DNA of 64,000 bases from Sphingomonas sp. (GCA_035776635.1 DASTWI010000020.1:3483-67482), one strand, 5' to 3'; counted from the stretch's first letter, positions 37,671 through 50,127 are shown. Made by a program: numbers and translations. The notes: generated by a model from the sequence alone, not told the origin.

Positions 37671-38158
37671 TCCGCGTCCGAACCCGCTGTTTCGTCAGCC
37701 AGATTCAGCGGATGCGCCGGCTGGATCGTCGATACCGCATGCTTGTAGACCAGTTGCGACAGTCCTTCGCGCTGCAGCAGCATACAAAACAGGTCGAACG
37801 CGGCGATCTGGCCCTGCAGCATTACCCCGTTGACCAGGAACATGGTGACGTTGTCGTCCGACTTGCGCACCGCATTCAGGAAGATTTCCTGGAGCAGCGG
37901 CTGTTTCTTGCCCGGCTCGCCCATCTGGTCGACGATCGGACTGACGTCGATCGACCCCGACGGCATGATCGTCGAGATCGCGTGCTTGTAGATCAGCTGC
38001 GACTGCCCGTCGCGGCGCAGCAGCACCGAGAAATTGTCGAACCAGGTGACGATTCCCTGCAATTTCACGCCCTTGACGAGGAACATCGTCACCGGCGTCT
38101 TCGATTTGCGCAGCGCATTGAGGAACAGGTCCTGGAGCGAGGTCTGCTTGTCGGCCAT
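37667..38158 (-). CDS. hfq: RNA chaperone Hfq with two tandem Sm domains
   Basis: LQDLFLN...IYKHAISTI followed by LQEIFLN...VYKHAVSTI; 163 aa; directly upstream of hflX. Confidence 0.96.
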   Translation of the reverse strand: MADKQTSLQDLFLNALRKSKTPVTMFLVKGVKLQGIVTWFDNFSVLLRRDGQSQLIYKHAISTIMPSGSIDVSPIVDQMGEPGKKQPLLQEIFLNAVRKSDDNVTMFLVNGVMLQGQIAAFDLFCMLLQREGLSQLVYKHAVSTIQPAHPLNLADETAGSDAD

Positions 38159-38319
38159 GCGTGATAACCTTGTTCTTGGCGGGTCATGAGCCCGCATTGC
38201 GCCGGTTCCCGGCGTCGGAAGGGCGCGCATCGTGCGCGCACGCCAGCAATTTAGGGCTGAAGGGGGCCGGCGTCCATATGGCGTTAGCGCGTAGGGGCTA
38301 TTCGTTCGCGCACGTCCCT

Positions 38320-38388
38320 CCGTTCGCCCTGAGCGTGTCGAAGGCGATTTCCCCCGCGCATCGCTTCGACTTCGCTCAGCACGAACGG
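38320..38388. repeat. REP-like element, family B
   Basis: CCGTTCGCCCTGAGCGTGTCGAAG...CTTCGACTTCGCTCAGCACGAACGG. Confidence 0.8.
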
Positions 38389-38404
38389 AGTATTGCGAAA
38401 GCCC

Positions 38405-39781
38405 CTACTCTTCCCCGCGCGTGTCGGTGATGCCGAGCAGCTTCAGCTTGCGGTGCAGCGCCGACCGCTCCATCCCGATGAAGCTCGCAGTGCGCGAGAT
38501 GTTGCCCGAAAAGCGGCGGATCTGCACCCGCAGATACTCCCGCTCGAACGTCTCGCGAGCCTCGCGCAGCGGCGCGCCCATGATCGCGCTGGTCCCCGCC
38601 CCGTTCTCGCCCTGCTGGCCGAGCACCTCGGCGGGGAGCAGGTCGAGATCGATCCGCCCGATGCGATCGCCGGGCGCCAGGATCACCGTCCGCTCGACCA
38701 CGTTGCGCAGCTGGCGGACGTTGCCCGGCCAGTCGTAGGACTGCAGCGCGACCATCGCGTCGGGCGCCACCTCGGGGGTCGGCACGCGGCGCTCGGCGGC
38801 GTAATGCGCGACGAAATGCCCGACCAGCGGCGGAATGTCCTCGCGGCGCTGCGACAGCGGCGGGATCTCCACCGGCACGACGTTGAGCCGGTAATAGAGG
38901 TCCTCGCGGAACCGCCCCTCGGCGATCTCGGCGGTGAGGTCGCGCGCGGTCGCCGAGACGACCCGGACGTCGACCTTCACCGTCCGCTGCCCGCCGATCC
39001 GCGTGAAGCTCTGGTCGGTCAGCACGCGCAGGATCCGCGCTTGCGTCGCGACCGGCATGTCGGCGATCTCGTCGAGGAACAAGGTCCCGCCGTGCGCCTG
39101 TTCGAGCAGGCCGGGCCGGACGAGGTCGCCCCCCTCCTCCACCCCGAACAATTCCTCCTCGACGCGCTCGGGCGTCATCCGCGCGGCGCTGACGATCACG
39201 AACGGCGCGCCCGCGCGCTGGCTCCAGCCATGGAGCAGCCGTGCGGCGACTTCCTTGCCGACCCCCGCCGGTCCCATCACCATCACCCGGCTGCCGGTCG
39301 AGGCGACGCGCTTCAGCGTCGCGCGCACCCCGTTGATCGCCCCCGACGAGCCGGTGAGGTCGGTGTCGCGCCCCGCGCTCTGCCTGAGCGATTCGACCTC
39401 GCGCTTCAGCCGCTCGGTCTCGGTCGCGCGCGCGACCATCAGCAGCAGCCGCTCGGCCTCGAACGGTTTCTCGATGAAGTCCGCCGCGCCGCGCCGGATC
39501 GCCGCCACCGCGGTGTCGAGATTGCCGTGGCCCGAGATCACCAGCACCGGGATCGAGGCATCGCGCCGCTTGATCTCGTCGAGCAGGTCGAGCCCGTCGA
39601 GCCGCGACCCCTGCAACCACACGTCGAGCAGCACCAGGCTGGGCCGCCGTGCGGCGATCGCCTCCAGCGCAGCATCGCTGTCGGCGGCGGCGCGCGTCTC
39701 ATAGCCTTCGTCCTCGAGCACGCCCCCCACCAGTTCGCGGATGTCGAGTTCGTCGTCGACGACAAGGATGTCGAGCGCCAT
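38405..39781 (-). CDS. ntrX: Response regulator NtrX
   Basis: Receiver + AAA+ domain lacking GAFTGA + HTH (MERSALHRKLK); follows ntrY. Confidence 0.93.
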   Translation of the reverse strand: MALDILVVDDELDIRELVGGVLEDEGYETRAAADSDAALEAIAARRPSLVLLDVWLQGSRLDGLDLLDEIKRRDASIPVLVISGHGNLDTAVAAIRRGAADFIEKPFEAERLLLMVARATETERLKREVESLRQSAGRDTDLTGSSGAINGVRATLKRVASTGSRVMVMGPAGVGKEVAARLLHGWSQRAGAPFVIVSAARMTPERVEEELFGVEEGGDLVRPGLLEQAHGGTLFLDEIADMPVATQARILRVLTDQSFTRIGGQRTVKVDVRVVSATARDLTAEIAEGRFREDLYYRLNVVPVEIPPLSQRREDIPPLVGHFVAHYAAERRVPTPEVAPDAMVALQSYDWPGNVRQLRNVVERTVILAPGDRIGRIDLDLLPAEVLGQQGENGAGTSAIMGAPLREARETFEREYLRVQIRRFSGNISRTASFIGMERSALHRKLKLLGITDTRGEE

Positions 39782-39784
39782 GGG

Positions 39785-42016
39785 TCAGCTGTTCCGGGTT
39801 CGAGTAAGTGCAGGAAGCGGAGCATCGTCCGCGGGGGTATCGCCGCTGCCGTCGAGGCCGGCGAGCATCTTGGCGTCGAAGCGCATCGCGATGATCGTGC
39901 CGCCGCCGGGCCGATCGGCGAAGGTAATCTCGCCGAAATGCTCCTCGGCGATCTTCTTGACGATGGCGAGGCCCAGACCGGTGCCCCGCGCGCGAGTCGT
40001 GACATAGGGCTCGACCAGCCGGTTGCGTTCGCTGGGCAGGCCGACACCATCGTCCTCGACGGTGATCGTGGTCGTGCCGTCATGCTCGGCGAGCATCATC
40101 GTCACCTCGCCGTGCGCATCCTCGCCTTTCGCCTCGATCGCCTCGACCGCATTCTTGACAAGGTTGGTGAGCGCCTGCCCGATCTGCCGGCGGTCGCAGA
40201 CCAGCATCGGGGGCGGCTCGTCATACTCGAGCCGGAAGCGCACATTGGGATGCGCCACTTCGTGGAGGAACAGCGCCTGACGTCCGATATCGACCAGCGA
40301 TTCCTCGCGGAACACCGGCTTGGGCATCCGCGCGAACGAGGAGAATTCGTCGACCATCCGGCGCAAGTCGCCGACCTGCCGCACGATCGTGTCGGTCAGG
40401 CGGTTGAAGGTCGCGTCCTGCCCGTCGAATTGCTTGCCGTAGCGGCGCTGGAGCCGCTCGGCGGCGAGCTGGATCGGGGTCAGCGGGTTCTTGATCTCGT
40501 GCGCAATCCGCCGCGCGACGTCGGACCAGGCGGCGCGGCGCTGGTCGAGCAGCTGCTGGGTGATATCGTCGAAGGTCAGCACCTGCCCTTCGGCATCGCC
40601 GGTGATCTTGACCGCGAGCGTCTTGGGCTGGCTGTCGCCGGCGACCTGGACGATCGCCTCGCGCGTGTCGCTGTCGAGCAGCGCGTCGAGCTCGGGCGCA
40701 ACCGCCGCCAGCGGCCGCCCGACCGGATCGCCGCCTCCGGTGTTGAGCAACGCCGCCGCCGAGCTGTTGACCAGCTGGATCGTCCGATCGGCGTCGATCG
40801 AGATGACCCCCGCGCTCACTCCCGACATCACCGCCTCGATCAGCGCGCGGCGGTTCTCCAGCGCATTGGTCTGCGCCTCGAGCGTGCTCGTCATCCGGTT
40901 GAAGGCCAGCGCGAGCGTGCCGATCTCGTCGTCGCGACTCGGCGGTGAGACGCGCGCGGCAAGGTCGCCCTCCTCGATTCGCTGCGCCGCGCCGACCAGC
41001 TCGCTGAGCGGGCGGACCAGGCGATCCGCCACCAGCAGCGCAATCCAGACGGCGATGCCGACGATCAGCAGCGATACGAGCAGCAACGCCGTGTTGAACT
41101 TGATCTGCAGCGATCGCGACCGCGCAAGCAGCGAGCGATAGTCCTTGAGCACCGCATCCGCCCGTCGTGTCTGCGCGCGCATCAGCTTCACGTTGATGAC
41201 CCGCGCCGCGTACAGGTAGAGATTGTCCTCGCCCGGGACCTTGGCGATCGTCTCGATGCGATCGGAGGTGACCTTCTGAACCGCTGGAGAACCGGCATTC
41301 AGGCTGGCGATGACTTTGGGGTCGATCTGGTTGAGCGGATTGATTCCATAAGGATTCATCACGTCGAGGCGGGGATTCTCCAGCGCGAGGTTGCGCACCT
41401 CGTTGCCCGGACCGACCGAGAACAGAATCCCTTCCGAAAGGCTGCGGTAATAGATCTGCTGGCCAAAGAAGGCGGGAAACTGCGGATCGTCCATCGGCGC
41501 TTCGTTCAGGAATCCGGAGATGTCGTGCGCGGCGGTGATCGTCGCCTGCCGCCATCTGTCGAGCATCTGGTCGTACGAAATGCGCGCCAGCGTCGTCGTG
41601 TTTTCGAGCATCCCGCGCGCGCGATCGGAAAACCAGAACTCGACGCCGTACTGAAACAGCAACGACGCAAAGATCGTGACCAGCAGCATCGGAACCGCGG
41701 CAGTCACCGAAAACAGCGCGACGAGCCGGACGTGCAGCCTGCCGCCGCCGAAATGCGACTTCGCCGCCCGCCGGATCGCGATCCGGCGCCCCACCAGCAC
41801 CAGCAGCGCGATTTCGGGCGCGAGATTGGCGACGAGCAACAGCGCGACCAGCGGCGGCGTCAACAGCCGCTGCGTTTCGTGACCGCTGGCGATGATGAAA
41901 TAGCTCGCGACGGCAACGCCGATCACGGTGGCGAGGACCAGGAGTTCGACCAGCGGCGTGACGGTGAACCACCGCCTGCCGATTCCCGGCCGGATCGCCT
42001 CAACCTTGCCCGTCAT
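39785..42016 (-). CDS. ntrY: Sensor histidine kinase NtrY
   Basis: TM helices, WF motif, [27 protein letters not shown]. Confidence 0.93.
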   Translation of the reverse strand: MTGKVEAIRPGIGRRWFTVTPLVELLVLATVIGVAVASYFIIASGHETQRLLTPPLVALLLVANLAPEIALLVLVGRRIAIRRAAKSHFGGGRLHVRLVALFSVTAAVPMLLVTIFASLLFQYGVEFWFSDRARGMLENTTTLARISYDQMLDRWRQATITAAHDISGFLNEAPMDDPQFPAFFGQQIYYRSLSEGILFSVGPGNEVRNLALENPRLDVMNPYGINPLNQIDPKVIASLNAGSPAVQKVTSDRIETIAKVPGEDNLYLYAARVINVKLMRAQTRRADAVLKDYRSLLARSRSLQIKFNTALLLVSLLIVGIAVWIALLVADRLVRPLSELVGAAQRIEEGDLAARVSPPSRDDEIGTLALAFNRMTSTLEAQTNALENRRALIEAVMSGVSAGVISIDADRTIQLVNSSAAALLNTGGGDPVGRPLAAVAPELDALLDSDTREAIVQVAGDSQPKTLAVKITGDAEGQVLTFDDITQQLLDQRRAAWSDVARRIAHEIKNPLTPIQLAAERLQRRYGKQFDGQDATFNRLTDTIVRQVGDLRRMVDEFSSFARMPKPVFREESLVDIGRQALFLHEVAHPNVRFRLEYDEPPPMLVCDRRQIGQALTNLVKNAVEAIEAKGEDAHGEVTMMLAEHDGTTTITVEDDGVGLPSERNRLVEPYVTTRARGTGLGLAIVKKIAEEHFGEITFADRPGGGTIIAMRFDAKMLAGLDGSGDTPADDAPLPALTRTRNS

Positions 42017-42104
42017 CGTTGCGTCGATACAACGGCCGCGTTGCAGGGAAAACACAATAATGCTGCGGCCCGGCGCTGGCGGACCTCATCCTGTCGCGCG
42101 CGAT

Positions 42105-43522
<1,418 letters not shown>

Positions 43523-43526
<4 letters not shown>

Positions 43527-44599
43527 CGCGGCGCCCTCGGCAGCAGGATGCGGAACACGGTCATCTCCGGCTCGCCTTCGCGCGCATATTGGACGACCCC
43601 GCCCATGTCGCGCACCAGCTTGTCGACCAGGGCGAGGCCGAGTCCCTGCCCTTCGGGCTTCCCCGACACGAACGGATCGAACAGATGCCCGGCGATGTCG
43701 GCGGGCGCGCCGGGGCCGCTGTCGATCACGCAGACCTCGATCGGCAGCGGCACGCGCGGCGTGTCGGGCGCGGTGCTCACCGCCATGCCGTGACGATAGG
43801 CGGTGGTCAGCGCCACTTGCCCGTCGCCCGAGCCGCGCACCGCCTCGCACGCATTCTTGAGCAGGTTGAGCACCACCTGAAGCAGCGCATCGCGGTCGAT
43901 CAGCGCCGGCGGCAAGGAGGGGTCGAACCGCTCCTCGATCGCAATCCCCTGCCCGAACCCGGCGAGCGCGACGCGCCGGGCATGGTCGAGCAGCGGATAG
44001 ATATTCTCCGCCGCGAGGCTTAGCGGGCGCGTGTCGGTGAAATCCTGCATCCGGTCGATCAACGCGGCGATGCGATCGACCTCGGTGGTGATCAGCGTCG
44101 TGAGCTCGCCCCCCGCATCGCCGCCGCGCGCGATCAGCTGCGCCGCACCGCGGATTCCCGACAGCGGGTTCTTGATCTCGTGCGCCAGCATCGCCGCCGC
44201 GCCGACCGCTGCCCTCGCTCCCGCGGCGCGGTCGGCGGTGACGCCGATCCGTCGCGACGTGGCGGCATGGTGCAGCGTGATCGTCCGCCACCCCGGCCGG
44301 TCGGCGAGCGGCACCTCCAGATAATCGAGCCGCATCCGCCCCGCTCGCCGCGTCTCGATCTCGGTATCGAAGGCGGCGAGCGCCTGGTCGTCGCGCTGCG
44401 CGAATCCCGGCGGGGTCAGCGCAGCCTCGATCGGCTGCCCGATCATCGCGCGCTCGGACATGTTGAGCAGTTGCTCGGCCTCGGCATTGACGTGCGCGAT
44501 GCGGCCGTCGGGCGCGACCGCCAGAACGGCGACGGGGAGCGCGGCGAGCAGCTCGCCCGCGCCCGGCGGATCGGCGCGGTCGCGCTCAGGCGGCTTCAC
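43523..44599 (-). CDS. ntrB: Nitrogen regulation histidine kinase NtrB
   Basis: PAS domain, [27 protein letters not shown] start overlaps the dusB end. Confidence 0.92.
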
Positions 44600-45584
44600 G
44601 CGCGCGCCAGGGCGCATAGAAATCGGCCAACATCGCCTTGACCACCTTGGGGTCGGGCTCCTGATTGACGCGGTTGCGGAACTCGGCCGAGCCGTGCAGC
44701 CCGCGCGTGTACCAGCCGATATGCTTGCGCGCCATGTTGACGCCGGTTTCCGTGCCGTAATGGTCGAGCATCGCGTCGTAATGCTCGATAATGACGCGAT
44801 ATTGTTCGTCCAGGTTCGGATCGGGCACCCGCCGCCCCTCGCCGAACCACACCATCATTTGATGGAGCAGCCACGGCCGCCCATAGGCGCCGCGCCCCAC
44901 CATGACCCCGTCCGCGCCCGACTGGTCGAGCGCAGTCTCGGCGTCCTCGATCGAATTGATGTCGCCGTTGACCAGCACCGGAACCGACACCGCGTCCTTC
45001 ACCCGCCGTACGAAGGCCCAGTCGGCAACGCCCTTGTAGAGCTGGCACCGCGTGCGCCCGTGGATGGTGATCATCCTGACGCCAAGGTCCTCGGCGATTC
45101 GCGCAAGCTCGGGCGCGTTGAGGCTGTCGTGGTCCCACCCCATCCGCGTCTTGAGCGTCACCGGAACATCGACAGCTTTCACCACGGCTTCAATGATATC
45201 CGACGCAAGCTTGACGTCACGCATCAGCGCCGATCCGGCCCAGCCGTTGACGATCTTGCGCACCGGGCAGCCCATGTTGATGTCGATGATCGCCGCGCCC
45301 TTGTCGGCCGCAAGCTTCGCCGCCTCGCCCATTTCGCGCGCGGTGCAGCCGACCAGTTGCATCGACACCGGCTCCTCGAGCGGATGCCATGCCGCCTTCT
45401 GGATCGACTGCCGCGTCTCGCGGATCGCCGCCTGGCTCGCGATCATCTCGGTGACGTTGAGCCCCGAGCCGTAGAGCCGCACCTGCATCCGAAACGGCAT
45501 GTCGCTCACCCCCGTCATCGGCGCGAGCACGACGGGGCTGTCGATCCGGACAGGGCCGACCTGGATGGGCGCGAGCTTGGTCAT
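44586..45584 (-). CDS. dusB: tRNA-dihydrouridine synthase DusB (NifR3)
   Basis: [26 protein letters not shown] and GRGAYGRPW motifs. Confidence 0.96.
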   Translation of the reverse strand: MTKLAPIQVGPVRIDSPVVLAPMTGVSDMPFRMQVRLYGSGLNVTEMIASQAAIRETRQSIQKAAWHPLEEPVSMQLVGCTAREMGEAAKLAADKGAAIIDINMGCPVRKIVNGWAGSALMRDVKLASDIIEAVVKAVDVPVTLKTRMGWDHDSLNAPELARIAEDLGVRMITIHGRTRCQLYKGVADWAFVRRVKDAVSVPVLVNGDINSIEDAETALDQSGADGVMVGRGAYGRPWLLHQMMVWFGEGRRVPDPNLDEQYRVIIEHYDAMLDHYGTETGVNMARKHIGWYTRGLHGSAEFRNRVNQEPDPKVVKAMLADFYAPWRAREAA

Positions 45585-45588
45585 AATG

Positions 45589-45605
45589 TGCCTGAAAATT
45601 GGGCA
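45589..45605. promoter_or_regulatory. Putative NtrC/Fis-type binding site just upstream of dusB-ntrBC
   Basis: TGCCTGAAAATTGGGCA: 17-bp TGC-N11-GCA dyad with an AT core, 4 nt before the dusB ATG. Confidence 0.55.
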
Positions 45606-45660
45606 GCCCTCTACGCGAGACAAGCCCAATGCGCAAGGCTGGCCGCGCGGGCTCCCCCTT

Positions 45661-45840
45661 TCGCTCGCCCTGAGCCTGTCGAAGGGCGTTTCAACCCTTT
45701 CGGCAGGGTGGCGACCCCGTTGGGTTTGGGTTAAGGCGCGAGCCCCTATCCCCTCCGTTCGCCCTGAGCTTGTCGAAGGGCGGTTCTTGGCTTTGGCAAT
45801 GGAGCTCGCAATCGTGCTTCGACAGGCTCAGCACGAACGG
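45661..45840. repeat. Family B repeat cluster (one half-unit plus one full element)
   Basis: TCGCTCGCCCTGAGCCTGTCGAAGGG at 45661; full element at 45755-45840. Confidence 0.78.
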
Positions 45841-45848
45841 CTGTGGAA

Positions 45849-46985
45849 ATGACCAACGAGACCGTCGCCCTCATCGTCGCCGCCGGCCAGGGCAGCCGCA
45901 TGGGCGGCCCCCCCAAGCAGTTCCTGCCGCTCGGCGGCAAGCCGGTGCTCGCGCACAGCTACGCCGCACTCGCCGCGCACCCCGCCATCGACGCGGTGCT
46001 GGTGGTGATCGGCGCCGGCCAGGAAGCGGCTCTCGAAGCAGCCCTCGACACCGTCTCCGCCGTCACCGGCGGCGCCACCCGCCGCGAATCGGTGCTGAAC
46101 GGCCTCGAAGCCCTCGCCGCCGACCCGCCCGCGCGCGTGCTGATCCACGACGCCGCCCGCCCCTTCATTCCCACGCGCGTGATCGATGCGTTGCTGGCAG
46201 CACTCGACGGCCACGACGGCGCGGTCCCCACGCTCGCCGTCGCCGACACGCTCGCGCGCAGCGACGGTGCGCTCGGCGACGTGGTGCCCCGCACAGGCCT
46301 CGTCCGCGTCCAGACTCCGCAGGCGTTCCGCTTCGACGCCGTGCTCGCCGCGCACCGCGCCTGGCCGGCAGGCGAAGAGGCGACCGACGATGCGCAGATG
46401 GTCCGCCGCCATGGCGGCACCGTCGCGCTGGTGGAAGGCGATTCCATGCTCGACAAGCTCACCGTCCCCGCCGATCTCGCCGCCGCCGAGGCGCGGCTGG
46501 CGCGCGGCCGCACGCGCTCGGCGAGCGGCTACGACGTCCACCGCCTCGTCTCCGGCGAGGAGTTGTGGCTCGGCGGCGTCCTTATCCCCCACGACAAGGG
46601 CCTGTCGGGCCACAGCGACGCCGATGTCGCGCTCCACGCGATCACCGACGCGCTGCTCGGCACGATCGCGGCGGGCGACATCGGCACGCATTTCCCGCCG
46701 AGCGACCCGCAATGGCGCGGCGCCGACTCGACGCAATTCCTCACCCACGCCGCCGGCCTGATCGCCGCGCGCGGCGGCATCATCGACTTCATCGACCTCA
46801 CCCTGATCTGCGAAGCGCCCAGGATCGGCCCGCACCGCGAGGCGATGCGCGCCCGCATCGCCGCCCTGCTCGCGCTCGCCCCCGACCAGGTCAGCGTCAA
46901 GGCGACCACCTCCGAGCGCCTCGGCTTCACCGGCCGCGGCGAAGGCATCGCCGCGCAAGCCATCGCCACCGTGAGACTGCCATGA
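45849..46985 (+). CDS. ispDF: Bifunctional IspD/IspF
   Basis: [29 protein letters not shown], then GYDVHRL, GHSDADV and [10 protein letters not shown]. Confidence 0.96.
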   Translation: MTNETVALIVAAGQGSRMGGPPKQFLPLGGKPVLAHSYAALAAHPAIDAVLVVIGAGQEAALEAALDTVSAVTGGATRRESVLNGLEALAADPPARVLIHDAARPFIPTRVIDALLAALDGHDGAVPTLAVADTLARSDGALGDVVPRTGLVRVQTPQAFRFDAVLAAHRAWPAGEEATDDAQMVRRHGGTVALVEGDSMLDKLTVPADLAAAEARLARGRTRSASGYDVHRLVSGEELWLGGVLIPHDKGLSGHSDADVALHAITDALLGTIAAGDIGTHFPPSDPQWRGADSTQFLTHAAGLIAARGGIIDFIDLTLICEAPRIGPHREAMRARIAALLALAPDQVSVKATTSERLGFTGRGEGIAAQAIATVRLP

Positions 46986-47512
46986 TTCGCACCGCCCTCG
47001 CCGCTCTGGCGCTCGCCGGCCTCTCCGCCAGCGCCGCCGCTCAAACCGCGACCCCTTGCGTCACCACGCCCGAGGCGACCTCGATCGCCCTCGTCGCCAT
47101 GCCCGCGGCGATCCGCCAGGTCGGTCAGATCTGCGCCGCCCAGCTCCCCGCGACTTCACTGCTCCGCCAGCCCGGCAGCGCCTTCCTCGTCCGCTATCAG
47201 GCCGAGGCCGACCGCGCCTGGCCCGCCGCGCGCGCCGCGCTCGCCCGCGTCGCCGGGCCCGACATCGCGCCGCTGCTGCAATCGGACTTCACCCGGCCGA
47301 TGCTCGTCTCGCTGCTCGCCCCCGCGCTCACCGATTTCGTTCAGCCCAGGGACTGCGCCGATCTCGACCATATCGTCACGCTCGCCCAGCCGCTCCCGCC
47401 GCGCAACGCCGCCGGGCTGATCGTCGCGGCGCTCAAGCTCACTCGCGACAAGCAGGCGCAGTTCGGCAATCAGACGCTCGACATTCCGATCTGCCGGGAC
47501 GATAGGCGCTGA
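46982..47512 (+). CDS. Secreted hypothetical protein (signal peptide, four Cys)
   Basis: [20 protein letters not shown] signal; translationally coupled to ispDF (ATGA); typical codon usage. Confidence 0.8.
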   Translation: MIRTALAALALAGLSASAAAQTATPCVTTPEATSIALVAMPAAIRQVGQICAAQLPATSLLRQPGSAFLVRYQAEADRAWPAARAALARVAGPDIAPLLQSDFTRPMLVSLLAPALTDFVQPRDCADLDHIVTLAQPLPPRNAAGLIVAALKLTRDKQAQFGNQTLDIPICRDDRR

Positions 47513-47517
47513 CCGTC

Positions 47518-48033
47518 ATGGACACATTGCTTCCCAAAGAGCTGCTCGACGCCGCAACCCGCGTGATCGAGGCCAACCGCGCCGCCGGCCGCCGCATCGC
47601 GGTCGCCGAAAGCTGCACCGGCGGGCTCGTCTCCGCCGCACTGACCGAGATCCCCGGCGCGTCCGACGTGTTCGATTGCGGCCTCGTCACCTATTCGAAC
47701 GACATGAAGCTTGCGCTGCTCAAGGTGTCGAGCGACGTGCTCGAGACGTTCGGCTCGGTCTCGGTCGCGGTCGCCTGGAGCATGGCGCAGGGCGCGCTCG
47801 AGCTGTCGGGCGCCGATACCGCGGTGGCGATCACCGGCGTCGCCGGCCCCGGCGGCGGCAGCGAGAAGAAGCCGGTCGGCACCGTCGTCTTCGCCCGCGC
47901 GGAAAAGGGCGGCGATCCGGCCGAGGTCGCGGCCGACCGCAAGGAATTCGGCGATTTGGGCCGCGGCGGCGTGCGGCTTCAGGCCGCGCTGTGCGCGCTC
48001 GACTTGCTGATGCCCTCGGCCGGCGAGCCGTAG
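47518..48033 (+). CDS. cinA: CinA-family protein (NMN deamidase PncC-like)
   Basis: AVAESCTGGL, TYSN and AITGVAGPGGG motifs. Confidence 0.92.
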   Translation: MDTLLPKELLDAATRVIEANRAAGRRIAVAESCTGGLVSAALTEIPGASDVFDCGLVTYSNDMKLALLKVSSDVLETFGSVSVAVAWSMAQGALELSGADTAVAITGVAGPGGGSEKKPVGTVVFARAEKGGDPAEVAADRKEFGDLGRGGVRLQAALCALDLLMPSAGEP

Positions 48034-48455
48034 AGCGCCGCCGCGCGCGCCTCGAACGCGCCGATCATCTTCCTCAGCGCGCGATCGAACACCTGCCCCG
48101 CCAGCATCTCGAACACGCGGTTGCGGAACGCGAAATCGACCGCGAAGTCGACGCAGCACCCGCCCTCCCCGTCGGGCCGGAACCGCCAGTCGTTGTGGAG
48201 GTATTTGAGCGGCCCCTCGACATAATCGACGTGGATTTCCTCCGGCCGCCGCTTTTCGACTCGCGAGGTGAAGGTCTCGCGCAGCCCCTTGAACCCGACG
48301 ATCATGTCGGCGACCATCTGCATGTCGCTGTCCGAGCGCACGCGGATCGCGCTGACCCACGGCAGGAATTCGCCATAGCGCCCGACGTCGGCGACCAGAT
48401 CGTACATCTGCTCGGGGCTATAGGGCAGGCGGCGCGTTTCGTGATGCTTGGGCAT
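47979..48455 (-). CDS. START/SRPBCC-fold RatA/Coq10-like protein
   Basis: YSPEQMYDLVADV..Y.EFLPW and FTSRV motifs; follows lipA. Confidence 0.9.
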   Translation of the reverse strand: MPKHHETRRLPYSPEQMYDLVADVGRYGEFLPWVSAIRVRSDSDMQMVADMIVGFKGLRETFTSRVEKRRPEEIHVDYVEGPLKYLHNDWRFRPDGEGGCCVDFAVDFAFRNRVFEMLAGQVFDRALRKMIGAFEARAAALYGSPAEGISKSSAHSAA

Positions 48456-48459
48456 GGGC

Positions 48460-49389
48460 TCAGCCGCGCGCCAGCTTCGCCTCGCGATTGGCGCGCATCC
48501 GCTCGAAATCGTCGCCGGCGTGATAGCTCGACCGCGTCAGCGGCGACGAGGCGACCAGCAGGAACCCCTTGGCGCGCGCGATCCCCGCATAGGCGTCGAA
48601 CGCTTGCGGGGTCACGAACTCCATCACCTTGGCGTGGCGCGGCGTCGGCTGCAGATACTGCCCCATCGTCAGGAAATCGACGTCGGCCGAGCGCATGTCG
48701 TCCATCACCTGATGGACCTCGAGCCGCTCCTCGCCGAGCCCGAGCATCACCCCCGACTTGGTGAAGATCGACGGATCGTGCTTCTTGACGCTCTCCAGCA
48801 GCCGCAGCGACGCATAATAGCGCGCGCCCGGCCGAATCGTCGGATAGAGCCGCGGCACCGTCTCCAGATTGTGATTATAGACGTCGGGCCGCGCCGCGAC
48901 GATCGCCTCGACCGCCGCCTCGGCCTTGTTGCGGAAATCGGGCGTCAGGATCTCGATCGTGGTGTCCGGCGCCGCCGCGCGCAGCGCCTGGATCACCTTG
49001 ACGAACTGGCCCGCCCCGCCGTCGGGCAGGTCGTCGCGATCGACCGAGGTGACGACGATATGGCTCAGCCCCATCTGCACCGCGACCTCGGCGACATGCG
49101 CGGGTTCCAGCGGATCGACCGCACGGGGCATCCCCGTCTTGACGTTGCAGAAGGCGCACGCCCGCGTGCAGGTGTCGCCCAGGATCATCACCGTCGCGTG
49201 CTTCTTGGTCCAGCATTCGCCGATGTTCGGACACGCCGCTTCCTCGCACACCGTCGCGAGGTTCTTCTCGCGCATCAGCTTGCGCGTTTCGGCGAAGCCG
49301 ACGCTGGTCGGCGCCTTGACCCGGATCCAGTCGGGCTTGCGTTGACGCGGAGGGCGCGCGAGGGGGGACATCTCGTTCATGCCGGCCAT
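48460..49389 (-). CDS. lipA: Lipoyl synthase
   Basis: [20 protein letters not shown] and RSSY motifs. Start may be 49389, 49380 or 49371. Confidence 0.97.
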   Translation of the reverse strand: MAGMNEMSPLARPPRQRKPDWIRVKAPTSVGFAETRKLMREKNLATVCEEAACPNIGECWTKKHATVMILGDTCTRACAFCNVKTGMPRAVDPLEPAHVAEVAVQMGLSHIVVTSVDRDDLPDGGAGQFVKVIQALRAAAPDTTIEILTPDFRNKAEAAVEAIVAARPDVYNHNLETVPRLYPTIRPGARYYASLRLLESVKKHDPSIFTKSGVMLGLGEERLEVHQVMDDMRSADVDFLTMGQYLQPTPRHAKVMEFVTPQAFDAYAGIARAKGFLLVASSPLTRSSYHAGDDFERMRANREAKLARG

Positions 49390-49445
49390 CTAGCGACTGT
49401 CGCGGTGGCTTGCCACCCCTGACCGTAGCTGCAAAGGATGCATGC

Positions 49446-50075
49446 ATGGCTGACTTTTCCGACCTCGTCCGCGGATATCACCGCTTCCGTGACCGCGATT
49501 ACACGCGCCAGCACGCGCGCTGGATGGAGCTCGCCGAAGGGCAGAGCCCGCGCGTCATGGTGATCGCCTGCGCCGACAGCCGCACCGACCCGGCTTTGGT
49601 GTTCGACGCCGCGCCGGGCGAGATCTTCGTCGTCCGCAACATCGCCGCGCTCGTCCCCCCGTTCGAGCAGGGCGGCGGCCGCCACGGCGTCTCGGCGGCG
49701 ATCGAGTTCGCGGTCAACCAGCTCGAAGTGCCCGAGATCGTCATCATGGGCCACGGCTCGTGCGGCGGCGTCAACGCGGCGCTGACGCAGAGCTTCGCCG
49801 GCTGCGCGAATGGCGAGGGCGGCTTCCTCGGCCATTGGGTCGATTTGCTCGACGCCGCGCGCGACCGCATCGTCGCCGAGCACGGCGCCGGCCCCGAAGC
49901 GACCCGCGAGCTGGAGCTGGAGACCGTCCGCGTCTCGCTCACCAACCTGCGCACCTTTCCCCGCGTTGCCGAGCGCGAAGCCGCCGGCAAGCTCACCCTG
50001 CGCGGCGCCTATTTCGCGATCCGCGACGGCGTGCTGTGGGTGATGGGCGAAGACGGCCAGTTCGCCCCGGCCTGA
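49446..50075 (+). CDS. Beta-class carbonic anhydrase
   Basis: IACADSR, VRNIA and GHGSCGG motifs. Confidence 0.94.
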   Translation: MADFSDLVRGYHRFRDRDYTRQHARWMELAEGQSPRVMVIACADSRTDPALVFDAAPGEIFVVRNIAALVPPFEQGGGRHGVSAAIEFAVNQLEVPEIVIMGHGSCGGVNAALTQSFAGCANGEGGFLGHWVDLLDAARDRIVAEHGAGPEATRELELETVRVSLTNLRTFPRVAEREAAGKLTLRGAYFAIRDGVLWVMGEDGQFAPA

Positions 50076-50103
50076 AGGTCGCTCACCACCGAACTGCAAT
50101 CCC

Positions 50104-50127
50104 GTGCTCCTGCGAAAGCAGGAGCAC
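50104..50127. repeat. Single family A REP hairpin
   Basis: GTGCTCCTGC-GAAA-GCAGGAGCAC perfect stem between convergent genes. Confidence 0.8.

Noticed and set aside
47979-48455. RatA as a type II toxin-antitoxin system
   Set aside because: No ratB/antitoxin partner is adjacent. The lipA-linked START-domain gene is a conserved alphaproteobacterial Coq10-like housekeeping gene.
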